The notes below the pieces were generated by a model, which was not told where the DNA came from, made no database searches, and saw only the letters and a program-made list of their open reading frames with translations. Shown here piece by piece: positions 1 to 10,111 of a DNA stretch of 62,771 bases; the stretch's first letter is position 1; every line of letters begins with the position of its first letter. The position numbers and the translations under genes were made by a program. Origin of the DNA: an uncultured Bacteroidota bacterium. Lineage in GTDB: Bacteria; Bacteroidota; Bacteroidia; Chitinophagales; Chitinophagaceae. The stretch covers positions 1 through 62,771 of the forward strand of contig CAIQUX010000247.1 of assembly GCA_903875055.1 (NCBI GenBank), in the 5' to 3' direction.

Positions 1-1
1 T

Positions 2-259
2 TCAATTAAGAAAGGTCCTTACGTCGATGCGAAATTAGAACTCAAAGTTCAGAACATCGTTGAAGGAAAAGCTAAGAAGACAGTAATCAAAACGTGGAGT
101 CGTCGTTCAACGATCACCCCTGATTTTGTAGGACAAACATTTGCTGTTCATAATGGAAATAAATTTATTCCTGTGTATGTAACCGAGTTTATGGTTGGAC
201 ATAAATTGGGAGAATTCTCTCCGACACGTATTTTCAGATCTCATAGCGGAGGCAAATAA
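2..259 (+). CDS. rpsS: 30S ribosomal protein S19 (5' end cut by window edge)
   Basis: Frame 2 reads [13 protein letters not shown]...[20 protein letters not shown], stop TAA 257-259. It lies directly upstream of rplV as in the S10 operon. Confidence 0.93.
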   Translation, partial: SIKKGPYVDAKLELKVQNIVEGKAKKTVIKTWSRRSTITPDFVGQTFAVHNGNKFIPVYVTEFMVGHKLGEFSPTRIFRSHSGGK

Positions 260-289
260 TTAATCATAGTAAAAAGAAATTAATATAAA

Positions 290-670
290 ATGGAAGCAGT
301 AGCCCGTTTAAGAAACTACCCGACATCTCCTAGAAAAATGCGTTTATTGGCAGATGTAATTCGTGGAATGCAGGTTGAAAAAGCAGTGAATTTTTTAAAG
401 TTTAATGCACAACACTCTTCATTGCCATTGGAGAAATTATTATTGAGTGCAGTAGCTAACTGGCGCATGAAGAATGAGGGTCTTGATGAAAGTGAACTGA
501 TTGTGAAAACGGTTTTTGTCGATTGTGCAAGAACGATCAAGCGTATGATGCCAGCTCCTCAAGGACGTGCACATAGAAAGTTAAAACGTAGTAATCATGT
601 GACCATAATAGTTGATCAAAAAATCATGGCCACTTCACCTGTATCAGCATCAGAAGAAATAACTAATTAA
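290..670 (+). CDS. rplV: 50S ribosomal protein L22
   Basis: 126-aa ORF with SPRKMRLLADVIRG and APQGRAHRKLKRSNHVT motifs; operon position. Confidence 0.95.
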   Translation: MEAVARLRNYPTSPRKMRLLADVIRGMQVEKAVNFLKFNAQHSSLPLEKLLLSAVANWRMKNEGLDESELIVKTVFVDCARTIKRMMPAPQGRAHRKLKRSNHVTIIVDQKIMATSPVSASEEITN

Positions 671-705
671 AATAATAGGGAAAACCTCCCGAAAATAAAA
701 TAACA

Positions 706-1521
706 ATGGGTCAAAAAACAAATCCGATAGCCAGCAGATTAGGAATCGTAAGAGGATGGGACAGTAGTTGGTATGGCAACAAACACGATTATGCTGGGAA
801 ATTGATTGAAGATGTAAAAATAAGAAAGTATCTCAATGCGCGTATTAATAAAGGGGGTATTGCAAAGATTGTTATCGAGCGTATGTTGGGTAAGTTGATT
901 GTAACAATCCATACTTCTCGCCCTGGTATTATTATTGGGAAAGGAGGACAGGAAGTCGATCGTATTAAGGAAGAATTGAAGAAGTTGACTGGAAAGGATG
1001 ACGTTCAGATTAACATCCTGGAAATCCGTCGCCCGGAATTAGATGCGCAGATTGTTGCTGACTCAATTGCGAAACAGATTGAAGGTCGTGTGAATTTCAA
1101 AAGAGCAGTTAAGATGGCCATTCAGACTACCATGAGAATGGGCGCTGAGGGTATTAAAGTAAAATGTGGTGGTCGTTTAGGTGGAGCTGAGATTGCCAGA
1201 AGTGAAGAAATGAAACAAGGTCGTACACCATTACATACCTTCCGTATGGATATTGATTATGCAAATGTTTTTGCCCTGACTGTATATGGTAAGATTGGTA
1301 TTAAAGTTTGGATATGTAAGGGGGAAGTTTTGACAAAGAGAGATTTAAATCCGAATATTATTGCAGGAAAAGATGAGAAGAGGCCAGGTTTTGACAGACC
1401 AGGTGGTGGAATGGGAGATAGAGACAGACGAGACGATCGTCGTGGCGGCGGTGGCGGTGGTGCCAGAGGCGGTAGCGGTGGCGGAAGAAGTGCTGGCGGA
1501 AGAAGCGGCGGAAACAGATAA
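706..1521 (+). CDS. rpsC: 30S ribosomal protein S3 with Gly/Arg-rich C-terminal tail
   Basis: [14 protein letters not shown] start, KH domain [23 protein letters not shown] motif; operon position. Confidence 0.95.
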   Translation: MGQKTNPIASRLGIVRGWDSSWYGNKHDYAGKLIEDVKIRKYLNARINKGGIAKIVIERMLGKLIVTIHTSRPGIIIGKGGQEVDRIKEELKKLTGKDDVQINILEIRRPELDAQIVADSIAKQIEGRVNFKRAVKMAIQTTMRMGAEGIKVKCGGRLGGAEIARSEEMKQGRTPLHTFRMDIDYANVFALTVYGKIGIKVWICKGEVLTKRDLNPNIIAGKDEKRPGFDRPGGGMGDRDRRDDRRGGGGGGARGGSGGGRSAGGRSGGNR

Positions 1522-1554
1522 TAAATTTTAGAACAATTCTTAAGAAGATAGAAA

Positions 1555-1977
1555 ATGTTACAACCAAAAAGAACGAAACACAGGAAAGCCCATAAGGGAA
1601 GAATAAAAGGTGATGCAAAACGAGGAGCAACCTTGGCTTTTGGAACCTTTGGCCTAAAATCTTTAGAGCCTAAGTGGATTACGAACCGTCAGATTGAAGC
1701 TGCTCGTCAAGCGATGACAAGACATATGAAGCGTGAAGGTAATGTTTGGATTCGTATATTTCCCGATAAGCCAATTACAAACAAACCTGCAGAGGTCCGT
1801 ATGGGTAAAGGTAAAGGTAATCTTGAATACTACGCAGCTGTAGTACATCCAGGTCGTATCATGTTTGAAATTGCCGGAGTATCACTAGAAGTTGCTAAAG
1901 GTGCCCTTGCTTTAGCAGCACAAAAATTACCAATTGCAACTAAAATAGTAATCCGTAGAGATTACGCAGAAGCTTAA
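1555..1977 (+). CDS. rplP: 50S ribosomal protein L16
   Basis: [16 protein letters not shown] start, typical of L16; operon position. Confidence 0.95.
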   Translation: MLQPKRTKHRKAHKGRIKGDAKRGATLAFGTFGLKSLEPKWITNRQIEAARQAMTRHMKREGNVWIRIFPDKPITNKPAEVRMGKGKGNLEYYAAVVHPGRIMFEIAGVSLEVAKGALALAAQKLPIATKIVIRRDYAEA

Positions 1978-1996
1978 CTTTTTAAAACGTAAAGAA

Positions 1997-2209
1997 ATGG
2001 CAGCAAAAAATAAAAGTAAACATCAAGACCTTAGCTCAATGAGCTCTGAGGACATCTTGAAAACTATTGATGAAACTGATCTTCGTTTGAAAAAGATGAC
2101 GTTCAGCCATGCAATAACACCGATTGAAAATCCGATGTCAATCAGAATATTAAGACGTGAAATTGCACGTTTGAAAACGCAACAACGCAAATTGGAATTA
2201 GGTTTTTAA
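1997..2209 (+). CDS. rpmC: 50S ribosomal protein L29
   Basis: 70-aa ORF between rplP and rpsQ; helical, with an RREIARLKT-type motif. Confidence 0.88.
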   Translation: MAAKNKSKHQDLSSMSSEDILKTIDETDLRLKKMTFSHAITPIENPMSIRILRREIARLKTQQRKLELGF

Positions 2210-2226
2210 AATAAAAGAAATTAGTT

Positions 2227-2511
2227 ATGTCAGAAATAAAAACAGAAACACAGGTAGAGTTAAGAGGTCGACGAAAAACCCGTACAGGTTTGGTTACAAG
2301 TAATAAAATGGATAAATCAATTACTGTATCGGTAGAACGTAAGGTAAAACATCCTATCTATGGAAAATTCCTTAAAAAGACTACAAAGTTCATGGCACAC
2401 GATGAAAAGAACGAATGTTCAATCGGTGACTTGGTTAAGATTATGGAAACCAGACCACTTAGTAAGAATAAGTGCTGGAGATTGGTTGAAGTTGTAGAAA
2501 AAGTTAAGTAA
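2227..2511 (+). CDS. rpsQ: 30S ribosomal protein S17
   Basis: [19 protein letters not shown]...KHPIYGKF...HDEKNEC..GD motifs. Confidence 0.93.
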   Translation: MSEIKTETQVELRGRRKTRTGLVTSNKMDKSITVSVERKVKHPIYGKFLKKTTKFMAHDEKNECSIGDLVKIMETRPLSKNKCWRLVEVVEKVK

Positions 2512-2638
2512 TAGGTGTGAGGTACTTCGGATACTCAAGTCATCAGCATGAACTAAATTTTGAAGTAAGTCAAAAAATAAATAATTAAGTGGAACATGAA
2601 GCCATTGCCATATTGAACCATTGTCAAATTGAATAAAA

Positions 2639-3007
2639 ATGATACAACAAGAAAGTAGATTAAATGTAGCAGATAACAGCGGCGCAAAAGAAGTCCTTTG
2701 TATTCGCGTGTTGGGTAACTCAGGTCAGGATTATGCTCACATTGGGGATAAGATTGTCGTTACTGTGAAGGATGCCATGCCAGGGGCTGCAATTAAGAAA
2801 GGAACAGTTGCCAAGGCGGTTATAGTTAGAACAACTAACAAATTACGAAGGAAAGATGGATCGTATATTCGTTTTGATGATAACGCAGTTGTGATTCTGA
2901 ACGCAGCAGACGAACCTAGAGGAACTCGTATTTTCGGACCTGTGGCTCGTGAATTGAGAGACAAGGGATACATGAAAATTATATCATTGGCACCTGAAGT
3001 GCTTTAA
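2639..3007 (+). CDS. rplN: 50S ribosomal protein L14
   Basis: [17 protein letters not shown] start; highly conserved L14 sequence. Confidence 0.96.
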   Translation: MIQQESRLNVADNSGAKEVLCIRVLGNSGQDYAHIGDKIVVTVKDAMPGAAIKKGTVAKAVIVRTTNKLRRKDGSYIRFDDNAVVILNAADEPRGTRIFGPVARELRDKGYMKIISLAPEVL

Positions 3008-3026
3008 TACAATAAATTTTAGAAAA

Positions 3027-3371
3027 GTGAAAAATAGATTTAAAACGAAATTTTCGATAAAGAAAGGAGACCAAGTGGTTGTTATAACCGGTGCTGATAA
3101 AGACCGTACAACTCCAAAGGCAGTCCTTTCTGTAATCACCGACGATATTAGCCCAAGGGTTATTGTTGAAGGCGTTAATATTGTGACCAAGCACAAGAAG
3201 CCTAATGCTCAGAATCCGCAGGGAACTATTGTGAAGGAGGAAGCACCTATAGCCATTTCAAACGTGATGTTATGGGATGCTAAAGCAAAAATGGCCACTA
3301 AGATTCGAAGTGAGCGAAAAGATGGTAAATCAATAAGAATTTCAAAAAAATCAGGGGAGGTAATTAAATAA
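3027..3371 (+). CDS. rplX: 50S ribosomal protein L24
   Basis: KOW motif [19 protein letters not shown] start; there is no in-frame ATG before the KOW motif. The stop overlaps the rplE ATG by 1 nt. Confidence 0.88.
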   Translation: MKNRFKTKFSIKKGDQVVVITGADKDRTTPKAVLSVITDDISPRVIVEGVNIVTKHKKPNAQNPQGTIVKEEAPIAISNVMLWDAKAKMATKIRSERKDGKSIRISKKSGEVIK

Positions 3372-3946
3372 TGACAACAGTAACTTATATACCTAGAATA
3401 CAGACCAAGTACAACCAAGAAGTTGTACCTGCGTTGATGAAAAAATTCGGATACAAGACAGTAATGCAATGTCCGAAACTGACTAAAATTTGTCTTAACC
3501 AGGGCGTTAAGGGGTCGGTAGCTGATAAAAAATTGATTGACATTGCCGTTGAAGAAATGAGTAATATCAGTGGTCAAAAGGCAATATCCACAATGTCCAA
3601 GAAGGATATATCTAATTTTAAATTGAGAAAGAACATGCCGATTGGCGCTAAAGTTACTTTACGTGGAAAGAACATGTTTGACTTCTTGGATCGATTTGTG
3701 GCTGTTTCTTTGCCTCGTGTGAGAGATTTTAAAGGAATTAGTGAGAAAGCATTCGACGGACGCGGAAACTATACCATTGGAATTACTGAGCAAATCATTT
3801 TTCCTGAAATTGATATCGATAAATTACCTCGCATAAGTGGAATGGATATTACATTCGTAACCACAGCTCGCACAAACGAGGAGGCATATGAATTATTAAA
3901 AGAATTGGGTATGCCTTTTAAAAACTTAAACGTAAAAAATAATTAA
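3371..3946 (+). CDS. rplE: 50S ribosomal protein L5
   Basis: [20 protein letters not shown] and EQIIFPEI motifs. Confidence 0.95.
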   Translation: MTTVTYIPRIQTKYNQEVVPALMKKFGYKTVMQCPKLTKICLNQGVKGSVADKKLIDIAVEEMSNISGQKAISTMSKKDISNFKLRKNMPIGAKVTLRGKNMFDFLDRFVAVSLPRVRDFKGISEKAFDGRGNYTIGITEQIIFPEIDIDKLPRISGMDITFVTTARTNEEAYELLKELGMPFKNLNVKNN

Positions 3947-3954
3947 TACAAGTT

Positions 3955-4224
3955 ATGGCTAAAGAATCAGTAAAAGCTCGTCAACGTAAACGTGAGAAAA
4001 TGGTAGCTAAATACGCCGACAAGCGTGCGGCTTTGAAAAAAGCTGGAGATTACGCAGCATTGGATTTGCTTCCAAAGAATGCATCACCGGTTCGTTTGAA
4101 AAATCGTTGTCAACTCACAGGAAGAGGAAGAGGTTATATCCGGCACTTCGGGATATCTCGTATCATGTTCAGAGATATGGCTTTGAATGGATTGATACCT
4201 GGCGTAAAAAAAGCAAGCTGGTAA
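3955..4224 (+). CDS. rpsN: 30S ribosomal protein S14 (long, non-zinc form)
   Basis: [15 protein letters not shown] start and [17 protein letters not shown] motif; 89 aa. Confidence 0.94.
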   Translation: MAKESVKARQRKREKMVAKYADKRAALKKAGDYAALDLLPKNASPVRLKNRCQLTGRGRGYIRHFGISRIMFRDMALNGLIPGVKKASW

Positions 4225-4310
4225 ACGCGTTAACTAACTAAATAATAAGTTTTGTGGAGGATTCTAATCATCTGTAAAACAATAATTTAAATCTAAATAC
4301 TAATAATAAA

Positions 4311-4709
4311 ATGGTAACAGATCCAATAGCAGATTTCTTAACAAGAATTAGAAATGCACAGATGGCAGGACACAGAATCGTAAGCATTCCAGCTTCGAAC
4401 TTAAAGAAGAGCATGACTGAGATTTTATATACTAAAGGTTATATTGCAAAATATAAATTTGAGGAAGATAATAAGCAAGGCATTATCAAAATTGCTTTGA
4501 AATACGATTTGACATCTAAGATTCCTGCTATTCGCGGTTTGGAGAGAATAAGTCGGCCGGGTCTTCGTCAATACGCGAAACCTGCAGAAATCAAACGTGT
4601 ACAAAACGGATTAGGTATAGCTATACTTTCTACATCGAAAGGCGTTATGACTGATAAAGAAGCAAAAGCAAATAACATAGGTGGTGAGGTGCTTTGCCAC
4701 ATATATTAA
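4311..4709 (+). CDS. rpsH: 30S ribosomal protein S8
   Basis: TDPIADFLTRIRNA start and GGEVLCHIY C-terminus. Confidence 0.95.
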   Translation: MVTDPIADFLTRIRNAQMAGHRIVSIPASNLKKSMTEILYTKGYIAKYKFEEDNKQGIIKIALKYDLTSKIPAIRGLERISRPGLRQYAKPAEIKRVQNGLGIAILSTSKGVMTDKEAKANNIGGEVLCHIY

Positions 4710-4780
4710 TAGATGATTATACTTACAAAACTTAAATTGCAAGATTGAAATATTGGTTTCAATTTTTAAAAATAAATAAA

Positions 4781-5335
4781 ATGTCTCGAATAGGAAAAAA
4801 ACCGGTAGAAATCCCAAGTGGTGTAACAATAAATGTTACACCTACCAATGAGATTATCGTTAAAGGCCCGAAAGGCGAATTAAGACAATCAGTTGATAGA
4901 GATATCATGATTGACATTAAAGAAGGTACACTTGAAGTTGGTCGACCTACTGATCAGATCAGACACAGAGCGATGCATGGTTTATACCGTTCATTAGTTG
5001 CCAATATGGTGAAAGGAGTAACAGATGGTTTTGTCAGGAAGCTTGAATTAGTGGGCGTTGGTTACAAAGCTGTCAATCAAGGGAATATTTTAGATTTAGC
5101 TTTAGGTTATTCGCATAACATCATTTTTGAGATTCCTAAGGAATTGAAAGTGAGTACTGAAACATTGAAAGGAAGTAATCCTAAGATTACACTCGAAGGA
5201 TCTGACAAGCAGTTGTTGGGTGCGGTTGCTGCAAAAATTCGTAGTTTGCGCAAACCAGAGCCTTACAAAGGGAAAGGTGTTAAATATGAAGGTGAATATA
5301 TTCGTCGTAAAGCAGGTAAAGCAGCTGGTAAATAA
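4781..5335 (+). CDS. rplF: 50S ribosomal protein L6
   Basis: MSRIGKKPVEIPSGV start at ATG 4781. The ORF-track start at 4745 is a TTG extension with no L6 homology. Confidence 0.93.
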   Translation: MSRIGKKPVEIPSGVTINVTPTNEIIVKGPKGELRQSVDRDIMIDIKEGTLEVGRPTDQIRHRAMHGLYRSLVANMVKGVTDGFVRKLELVGVGYKAVNQGNILDLALGYSHNIIFEIPKELKVSTETLKGSNPKITLEGSDKQLLGAVAAKIRSLRKPEPYKGKGVKYEGEYIRRKAGKAAGK

Positions 5336-5388
5336 AATTTGTAAAATCAGAAAATGGTTACAGTCATTTTCAATAAAAATAAAGTATT

Positions 5389-5739
5389 ATGGACGCTAAA
5401 GTAGTAAGAAGACAGAAACTAAAATGGAGAATTCGTAAGAAGATCTCTGGTACGGCTGAATGCCCTCGTTTATCGGTATTCAGAAGCAATAAGGAGATTT
5501 ATGCCCAGTTGATTGATGATGTGACTGGAATTACAATAGTAGCATCAAACAGTCGTGGAAAGGACGTTGAATCCAAAGGGAATAAGGTGGATATATCCAA
5601 GATGGTTGGAATGTCAATCGCATCTAAAGCAAAGGCAAAGGGAATTGAACGATGTGTTTTCGACCGCGGCGGTTATTTATATCATGGTCGTGTGAAGGCA
5701 ATAGCTGACGGTGCACGTGAAGGAGGATTAAATTTCTAA
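5389..5739 (+). CDS. rplR: 50S ribosomal protein L18
   Basis: [18 protein letters not shown] and [14 protein letters not shown] motifs. Confidence 0.95.
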   Translation: MDAKVVRRQKLKWRIRKKISGTAECPRLSVFRSNKEIYAQLIDDVTGITIVASNSRGKDVESKGNKVDISKMVGMSIASKAKAKGIERCVFDRGGYLYHGRVKAIADGAREGGLNF

Positions 5740-5781
5740 TCCGAAATAAAATCAATTTAAAAGAATTCTTAAAAACGGAAT

Positions 5782-6300
5782 ATGTCTCAAACAAAAGAAA
5801 ATACAGTAAAGTCAGGTGATATTGAATTACATGATAAAGTAGTTGCTATCAATCGCGTGGTAAAGACTACCAAAGGAGGTCGAACCTTCAGTTTCTCTGC
5901 TCTTGTTGTGGTTGGAAACGGTAATGGTATCATTGGTCACGGATTGGGAAAAGCGAAAGAAGTTCAAATGGCTATTCAGAAAGGTATTGATGACGCTAAG
6001 AAAAATCTAGTGAAGGTTCCTGTTCTTCATGGAACTGTTCCTCATGAAATATTAGCAAAAGCTGGTGCTGCCAAAGTCATGATCAAACCTGCCTCTCATG
6101 GTACGGGCGTGATTGCCGGAGGAAGTATGCGTGCTGTGTTGGAAAGTGCTGGTATCACGGATGTATTAGCTAAATCATTGGGTTCAGCTAATCCTCACAA
6201 TGTGGTGAAAGCAACTGTTAATGCTTTGTCCATGATGCGTGAGCCGATTCAGTTCGCTAAAGATAGAAATGTAAGTTTAAAAACTGTTTTCAACGGATAA
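5782..6300 (+). CDS. rpsE: 30S ribosomal protein S5
   Basis: [24 protein letters not shown] and [15 protein letters not shown] motifs. Confidence 0.95.
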   Translation: MSQTKENTVKSGDIELHDKVVAINRVVKTTKGGRTFSFSALVVVGNGNGIIGHGLGKAKEVQMAIQKGIDDAKKNLVKVPVLHGTVPHEILAKAGAAKVMIKPASHGTGVIAGGSMRAVLESAGITDVLAKSLGSANPHNVVKATVNALSMMREPIQFAKDRNVSLKTVFNG

Positions 6301-6338
6301 ACTTCGTTGACTCATCAAATAAAGAAAGAAAAACGAAT

Positions 6339-6515
6339 ATGAGCAAGATTAAAGTAACACAGGTTAAAAGTGCCATCGACCGCAGTAAGCGTCAAAAGGC
6401 GACATTGATAGCCCTTGGGTTAAAGAAAATCAGCCAGTCAAGAGAGTTGGAAGCGACTCCTCAGATTATGGGCATGATTAAAAAGGTTGAACATTTAGTA
6501 ATTACTGAAAAATAA
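6339..6515 (+). CDS. rpmD: 50S ribosomal protein L30 (58 aa, below the ORF-track cutoff)
   Basis: Hand translation gives MSKIKVTQVKSAIDRSKRQKATLIALGLKKISQSRELEATPQIMGMIKKVEHLVITEK, stop TAA 6513-6515. It fills the rpsE-rplO gap, as expected for rpmD. Confidence 0.9.
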   Translation: MSKIKVTQVKSAIDRSKRQKATLIALGLKKISQSRELEATPQIMGMIKKVEHLVITEK

Positions 6516-6519
6516 TAAA

Positions 6520-6972
6520 ATGAATTTACATACATTAAAGCCTGCGGAAGGCTCTACGCATAGAGATGGAAAACGTCTTGGTCGTGGTAACTCGTCTGGT
6601 AAGGGAGGTACATCTACCAAAGGTAATAAAGGGGCACAATCACGTGCAGGTTATAACCAACGGCGTGGAAGTGAAGGTGGCCAGATGCCTTTACACAGAC
6701 GTTTGCCTAAACGCGGTTTCAAGAATATTAACCGTATTGATTATAAGGTTTTGAATATTGGGCAGATTGATGACTTGGCTACTCGTTACGAATTGCAAGA
6801 AATTTCTCCTGAAAGTTTATACGTAACTGGTCTGTTGAATCGCACGGATCTGATTAAGATACTCGGTCGTGGTGAACTGAAAACTAAACTTACCTTTAAG
6901 GTAAATGCTGCAAGCGAAACAGCTAAGAAAGCGATTGAAGCTGCTGGAGGTACCTTGGAAATAGTGATTTAA
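6520..6972 (+). CDS. rplO: 50S ribosomal protein L15
   Basis: MNLHTLKPAEGS..GRGNSSGKGGTS..GQMPLHRRLPKRGF motifs. Confidence 0.95.
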   Translation: MNLHTLKPAEGSTHRDGKRLGRGNSSGKGGTSTKGNKGAQSRAGYNQRRGSEGGQMPLHRRLPKRGFKNINRIDYKVLNIGQIDDLATRYELQEISPESLYVTGLLNRTDLIKILGRGELKTKLTFKVNAASETAKKAIEAAGGTLEIVI

Positions 6973-6978
6973 TAATTC

Positions 6979-7011
6979 AAATAATACTAACTCCCTTAGT
7001 ATTATTTTTTT
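6979..7011 (+). terminator. A/U-rich intrinsic-terminator-like hairpin between rplO and secY
   Basis: 12-bp perfect stem AAATAATACTAA (6979-6990) / TTAGTATTATTT (6996-7007) with loop CTCCC, running into a T tract. It starts 7 nt after the rplO stop. Confidence 0.5.
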
Positions 7012-7123
7012 ATTCACCCCATTTATCTTAAAGTGGCAAACACAAAAAGAATCATTAAATATAGTTTGAAAGGTGAGATTATTCGTATAAATTACACCGC
7101 TAAAAACTGAACTTATAAGCAGA

Positions 7124-8461
7124 ATGAAAAAAATAATTAATACATTAAAGAATATCTGGAGTATCGATGAGTTACGTAACCGCATCATCTTTACGTTGAC
7201 TCTGCTGCTGATTTACAGAGTCGGTTGCCATGTGGTTATTCCTGGTATCAATCCGAATGATCTGAATAATAATGCAGGCCAAAGTGGTTTGTTAGGACTT
7301 TTTAACATGTTTGCAGGTGGAGCTTTTAACAAGGCTTCTATTTTTGCATTAGGTATCATGCCATATATCTCAGCCAGTATCGCTATGCAGTTGGCTCAAA
7401 TAGCCATTCCTCAATTACAAAAATTATCAAAGGAAGATAGCGGTCGTAAGAAAATCAATCTCTACACACGTTATTTAACTGTTGGTGTTACCTTATTTCA
7501 GGCAATCGGATATATTACTTATTTGAGAAGTCAAAATGGTGCAGCTATCATGAATGATAACTTCATGTGGATGGTTTCTACCGTAATTGTTCTTACCACA
7601 GGTACATTGTTTGTGATGTGGTTAGGTGAAAAAATAACAGATAAAGGTATAGGAAATGGTACATCTCTGATTATCTCAGCAGGTATCATAGCTCGTTTGC
7701 CTCACGCTCTTGTGCAGGAATTTGAAGCCAAAACACAGGCCGCAGGGGGAGGGTTGTTGATTTTCCTGATTGAGATCGCCTTGATGGTGATTATTATAAT
7801 GGCTATCATCCTATTAATCCAAGGTGTTCGTCGTATTCCATTAAACTATGCCCGCCGTATCGTCGGTAATGCTTCTGCAACGAATATGACCGGTGCAAGA
7901 GATTTCATTCCTATCAAGGTAAATGGGGCAGGAGTTATGCCTATCATCTTTGCACAAGCTATGTTATTCATTCCGTCTACTATTATCGGGTTTTCTAATA
8001 GTGAGACTGCCCAAGGTTTTGTCAAGCATCTGACCAACCCGGGATCTCTTTGGTATAATATTATTTATGCTATTCTAGTTATTGCGTTCACTTATTTGTA
8101 CACAGCCCTGATCTTTAATCCAAATCAAATGGCTGAAGATTTGAAACGTAATAATGGATTTGTTCCTGGTATTAAACCTGGCACTGATACTGCTGATTAC
8201 ATAGGCGCTATCATGGATCGAATCACATTGCCAGGTGCCATATTCCTAGCTTTGATTGGTATTCTGCCAGGTATTGCAGGTCAATTGAAAATTACAAGCG
8301 GTTTCGCCAGTTTCTATGGTGGAACTTCTATGCTGATCATGGTGGGTGTGATTTTAGATACCTTGCAACAGATTGAAAGCCAACTTCTGATGCGTCATTA
8401 TGATGGCCTGATGGAAAGTGGGCGTATTACAGGACGTCAATCTGTACCCGCTAGTATATAA
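7124..8461 (+). CDS. secY: Preprotein translocase subunit SecY
   Basis: 445-aa polytopic ORF with RIIFTL..LLIYRVG..IPGI, GGAF...SIFALGIMPYISASI and a GRITGRQ C-terminal region; spc operon position. Confidence 0.96.
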   Translation: MKKIINTLKNIWSIDELRNRIIFTLTLLLIYRVGCHVVIPGINPNDLNNNAGQSGLLGLFNMFAGGAFNKASIFALGIMPYISASIAMQLAQIAIPQLQKLSKEDSGRKKINLYTRYLTVGVTLFQAIGYITYLRSQNGAAIMNDNFMWMVSTVIVLTTGTLFVMWLGEKITDKGIGNGTSLIISAGIIARLPHALVQEFEAKTQAAGGGLLIFLIEIALMVIIIMAIILLIQGVRRIPLNYARRIVGNASATNMTGARDFIPIKVNGAGVMPIIFAQAMLFIPSTIIGFSNSETAQGFVKHLTNPGSLWYNIIYAILVIAFTYLYTALIFNPNQMAEDLKRNNGFVPGIKPGTDTADYIGAIMDRITLPGAIFLALIGILPGIAGQLKITSGFASFYGGTSMLIMVGVILDTLQQIESQLLMRHYDGLMESGRITGRQSVPASI

Positions 8462-8492
8462 ATTAATTTTTAAACAATAGTCGTAATATCTT

Positions 8493-8519
8493 ATATCCCG
8501 GAGCCTAGTTCCGGGATAT
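8493..8519 (+). terminator. Stem-loop between secY and map (terminator, attenuator or processing site)
   Basis: 10-bp perfect stem ATATCCCGGA / TCCGGGATAT with 7-nt loop GCCTAGT, followed by a TTAAATTT A/T tract. It ends 17 nt before the map TTG start. Confidence 0.55.
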
Positions 8520-8535
8520 TTAAATTTAATATACC

Positions 8536-9336
8536 TTGATTTATTACAAAACAAACGAAGAAGTTGAGCTGATTAGAAAAAGTAATTTGCTTGTGTCGGC
8601 TACTATAGCCGAACTAGCTACTCGCCTTAAACCTGGAGTTACTACAAGCCAATTGGATGCCATTGCAGAATCTTTTATCAGAGATCATGGTGCCATACCA
8701 GCCTTCAAAGGATTCAGAGGCTTCCCTTTTACTTGTTGTATGAGTATAAATGCAGCTGTTGTGCATGGATTTGCCACAGATGATGAATTGAAAGAGGGTG
8801 ATATTGTAAGCATTGATACAGGTACCGTATTGAATGGTTTTGTAGGTGACAGTGCTTATACCTTTGCTATCGGTGAAATTTCACCGGAAGTAAAGCAATT
8901 ACTTAAGGTCACCAAAGAATCGCTCTATCTTGGTATTGAACAAGCCATTGTCGGAAACCGTATCGGTGACATAAGTTGGGCCATACAGGAACATACGGAG
9001 AAGAAGCATGGATTTGGCGTAGTACGTGAGCTTACCGGGCATGGTGTTGGTAAAAGTCTCCACGAAGAACCAGAAGTACCTAATTATGGCCGAAGAGGAA
9101 ACGGACTGAAACTTCAGGATGGATTAGTTATTGCTATTGAACCCATGATTAATCTTGGCAAGAAGGATATCTTTTGCGCCGATGATGAATGGACCATTAT
9201 AACCAGTGATGGTAAGCCTTCAGCACATTTTGAGCATTCGATTTGTGTACGAAAAAATAAGGCTGATATCCTTTCTTCTTTCGCGGAAATTGAGGTAAAC
9301 GAGAAGGCGAATCCTAATTTATATTCTGCTACGTAA
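8536..9336 (+). CDS. map: Type I methionine aminopeptidase
   Basis: AIPAFKGFRGFP, VVHG, DIVSIDTG, GHGVG, EP and AHFEH metal-ligand motifs. The only possible start is TTG 8536, because there is an in-frame TAA 9 nt upstream. Confidence 0.93.
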   Translation: MIYYKTNEEVELIRKSNLLVSATIAELATRLKPGVTTSQLDAIAESFIRDHGAIPAFKGFRGFPFTCCMSINAAVVHGFATDDELKEGDIVSIDTGTVLNGFVGDSAYTFAIGEISPEVKQLLKVTKESLYLGIEQAIVGNRIGDISWAIQEHTEKKHGFGVVRELTGHGVGKSLHEEPEVPNYGRRGNGLKLQDGLVIAIEPMINLGKKDIFCADDEWTIITSDGKPSAHFEHSICVRKNKADILSSFAEIEVNEKANPNLYSAT

Positions 9337-9601
9337 GCCATATTGAATAATCCCAATTTGATATTCAGCTTAAATCAAATTCTTTTGGATATATGCAGTG
9401 GTAAATGCCGATGGTAATTTTTTAGAACAACTGAAGCAAAGCGAAATTTGGGCTATTAAAAATTTCAATCGGGAAAATTTAAGATATCCGTTGTTCAATT
9501 GAAATATCAGTGTTTAGATTCATGATTTTGAATCCCCAAAGAAGTTCATGGGTTCTGTATATTAAAGGTTAATTCTTTAAGGGAATACTTTCAGTTGGCA
9601 A

Positions 9602-10111
9602 CTAAATTATTGTTTCTTTTACATAAAGCTTATTGAAATGCTCCATGAAGGATTGTGGTTCATCTGGAGTTAATATTATCTTGCGACCATCAGATGTGAT
9701 AAGTAACACAAAGTTAGTTCTACGGGTGGCGTAAAATGTCATTGAGCCAAGTTTCCTATTGGCAAATTTGCCATAATATCCAAACAATCCGCCTACACCA
9801 AAGGTTCTTATAGTCCATTTCATTGTTTCCTTATCAACGATTTGGACGGAGGTAAGTGTTTCTTTACTGATATGCACATCCGAAAAAGGCCGATGTATGA
9901 TCAATGCCTCCGGCGTTAGCGCATAATGAACTGGACTAAACGCATAGATACTAATGAATACAGCTATGAGCAAAGTGCTGATAGCTATTGGCGCCAAGAT
10001 ACTTTTATCGTTCAATAGCAAAAACTGAGAGGCAATAATCAAAGTGAAAAGTATGGCTACACCAATGGTGACTCCTTTAGCCACTTTGTCTAGAGAACAA
10101 GAATAAATCAT
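9602..10111 (-). CDS. Membrane protein with bacterial PH-like domain (two N-terminal TM helices)
   Basis: 169-aa ORF with two hydrophobic helices followed by a soluble beta-rich domain (RTFGVGGLFGYYGKF...FYATRR). The family assignment is from memory only. Confidence 0.55.
   Translation of the reverse strand: MIYSCSLDKVAKGVTIGVAILFTLIIASQFLLLNDKSILAPIAISTLLIAVFISIYAFSPVHYALTPEALIIHRPFSDVHISKETLTSVQIVDKETMKWTIRTFGVGGLFGYYGKFANRKLGSMTFYATRRTNFVLLITSDGRKIILTPDEPQSFMEHFNKLYVKETII

Noticed and set aside
4745-4780. 5' extensions offered by the ORF track using TTG/GTG starts. Affected genes are rplF (4745), folE (38164), mqnB (37704), GT4 (41731), darA (52482), ABC ATPase (52458), DUF218 (54958), kinase (33816), porin (23368), and the 15335 start of the secreted protein.
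   Set aside because: In each case an internal ATG coincides with the start of family homology or with a proper signal peptide. The extension either overlaps the neighbouring gene or adds non-homologous residues.
9399-9417. TGGTAA x2 (9399-9404 and 9412-9417) downstream of map, resembling the TTGGTAA boxes.
   Set aside because: These are only 6-mers with different 13-bp spacing, and they lie in a convergent gap with no downstream gene to regulate. This is probably chance.
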